NCBI GenBank assembly: GCA_030141605.1
Contig: JAQGDQ010002170.1
Location: 1 to 11,937, forward strand
From: Tubiluchus corallicola
Lineage: Eukaryota; Animalia; Priapulida
DNA: 11,937 nt
Reading direction: 5' to 3'
The notes beneath the pieces are model-generated. The model ran no database searches and was not told where the DNA came from. It saw nothing but the letters and a program-made list of their open reading frames with translations. Shown here piece by piece: positions 10,618-11,937 of the stretch. The translations under genes were made by a program, and so were the position numbers. Position 1 is the first letter of the stretch. Every line of letters begins with the position of its first letter.

Positions 10618-10843
10618 TGTAATAACGAAATACTACTTACGTCCACTGTGACTCATACTAACCACTAGTAATAATTATGTTGTTATTTTTCTCACTACTA
10701 ATTCTAGTGACATAATTCATGAATTTACGAAATTATATCCTAATTTTATTGTATTAACAGAAAAAAATGATTATCATTGTACTTGTGATCCACAAGTAAT
10801 TGTTTATTGAGAAATAAATCTTTTGAATTGAAAAAAATTTCAG

Positions 10844-11025
10844 ACAAAAAACCCTTCGGATATTTTGCTGCCCACATCATTCCAGACAGAGAATTACTCA
10901 TCATTGGACTAGTCTGTGGACTGCTGCTGGGCGCTGTGTTTATCGGTCTGGTTCTTCTGACCATCTTGAAGTGTAGACTGTGGAGGCGTGGTCGTAGGCA
11001 AGACGAGGAATCATGCTCTACAAAG
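10844..11025 (+). CDS. Shavenoid-like protein, exon E encoding the transmembrane helix (NKKPFGYFAAHIIPDRELLIIGLVCGLLLGAVFIGLVLLTILKCRLWRRGRRQDEESCSTK)
   Basis: Acceptor tttcAG at 10842-10843, donor AAG|GTGAAA. 182 nt, phase 1-0. A 25-residue hydrophobic run (10894-10968) is followed by a basic stop-transfer cluster KCRLWRRGRR. Lies within ORF 10807..11067. Confidence 0.88.
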
Positions 11026-11204
11026 GTGAAAACATATTCATTGTTTGTATCACGATTAGAATCATAAAAACAGAAGCAAATGAGAAAGTTATTTGGTCGA
11101 ATTTCTAGCAGAATAGCAGCTGCTCAATTGATAACAAAGTTATGCAAGCCAGTGCACAACAGATGATAAAAAAATCGATTAAATGTTGCCCTTTTGATGT
11201 TTAG

Positions 11205-11294
11205 TCGATGAGTGGATCAATCAGTTCAATTGAAACGGAAATCAATAAACGATCAGCCGCAAATGGACACTCACTGCTGCGGGGAGTGACCAAG
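11205..11294 (+). CDS. Shavenoid-like protein, exon F, cytoplasmic tail (SMSGSISSIETEINKRSAANGHSLLRGVTK)
   Basis: Acceptor gtttAG at 11203-11204, donor AAG|GTAATC. 90 nt, phase 0-0, open and in frame with exon E. No recognisable motif, so support is splice signals and frame only. Confidence 0.7.
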
Positions 11295-11428
11295 GTAATC
11301 CTGCTAGATCATGAAACCTTCGCTAGTCTTTCAACGGCTTAACACGTGTTCTGTCAACACGCCTTTCGAAAATCTTTATACGTGTATTTTTATGCAGATT
11401 CGTTTAGCGGGAAATAAGAAACATTTAA

Positions 11429-11873
11429 CCCTTTCATACCCGTTGTATCCCATGGGATACGAGAATATTCTCTGCCTTTAAAATTAATAAACTTTTAAAA
11501 CTGACAGTTATTTGATCTGTTAATAGTTATTTTGATTTAAGCCAATAACAATAGACTAAAAATGGTGATAAAATGGCAAACTAGAAAATCTACATAGCAT
11601 AAAAAACTGTGCAAGGTACAGTAGTTTAGAGATGACTTTGTACAGATCAGCATAGCATGCATACTAAATGTCTTAAATACTTTATCAGCAGTTCCAAAAT
11701 GAAGCACATTTTATGCTTCCATTGAATCCCAATGTATCCCGTGGGAAACAGGCTATATTTAGCACACAGGTTGAAAAAATAATTACTATGTGTAAACAAG
11801 ATGGACATACTGAACAAAAGTACCAAATCAAAAAATCTTTTCTTATTAAAAAAATAATTTGGGACTGAAAGGG
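11429..11873. mobile_element. Non-autonomous piggyBac-like MITE, 445 bp
   Basis: TTAA on both sides (11425-11428, 11874-11877). Termini CCCTTTCATACCC and GGGACTGAAAGGG form a 13-bp inverted repeat with 2 mismatches. TTAA target duplication and CCC...GGG ends are piggyBac hallmarks. No credible coding capacity. Confidence 0.85.
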
Positions 11874-11937
11874 TTAAATTTCTTTTGCATTTTTGATCGA
11901 GGCATTTTATGTGCATATGTGTGTTAATTTCAATATA

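Noticed and set aside
11647-11916. Minus-strand 89-aa ORF as a transposase
   Set aside because: It crosses the MITE boundary and is AT-rich low-complexity sequence without DDD catalytic motifs.

Overview
AT-rich eukaryotic (animal-type) genomic DNA, not prokaryotic. Six phase-compatible GT-AG exons on the + strand (212-318, 3606-3716, 5781-6025, 6398-6518, 10844-11025, 11205-11294) splice into an open 285-codon internal fragment of a single-pass type I membrane protein with a Cys-containing ectodomain. Its motifs (CxCxC..PTFREDL..C, IPxVFLP..GQIxxPS, FL..GW.D, W.G, C.AFR..G.P, then a TM helix) match my recollection of the shavenoid (sha/kojak) family; this is unverified by search. The gene start and end lie outside the window, and the ORF track captures only two of the six exons. 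The introns hold an unusual variety of repeats: CT and TA microsatellites, 19-, 30- and 14-bp minisatellites, 103-bp x4 and 165-bp x3 arrays, a 40-copy 85-bp satellite and an inverted (AAT)/(ATT)/(AAT) tract. They also hold a 5'-truncated CR1/L2-group LINE whose 3'-UTR stem-loop was quadruplicated, and a TTAA-flanked 445-bp piggyBac-like MITE. I find no evidence of a CRISPR array, ribozyme or wholly new multi-gene system.
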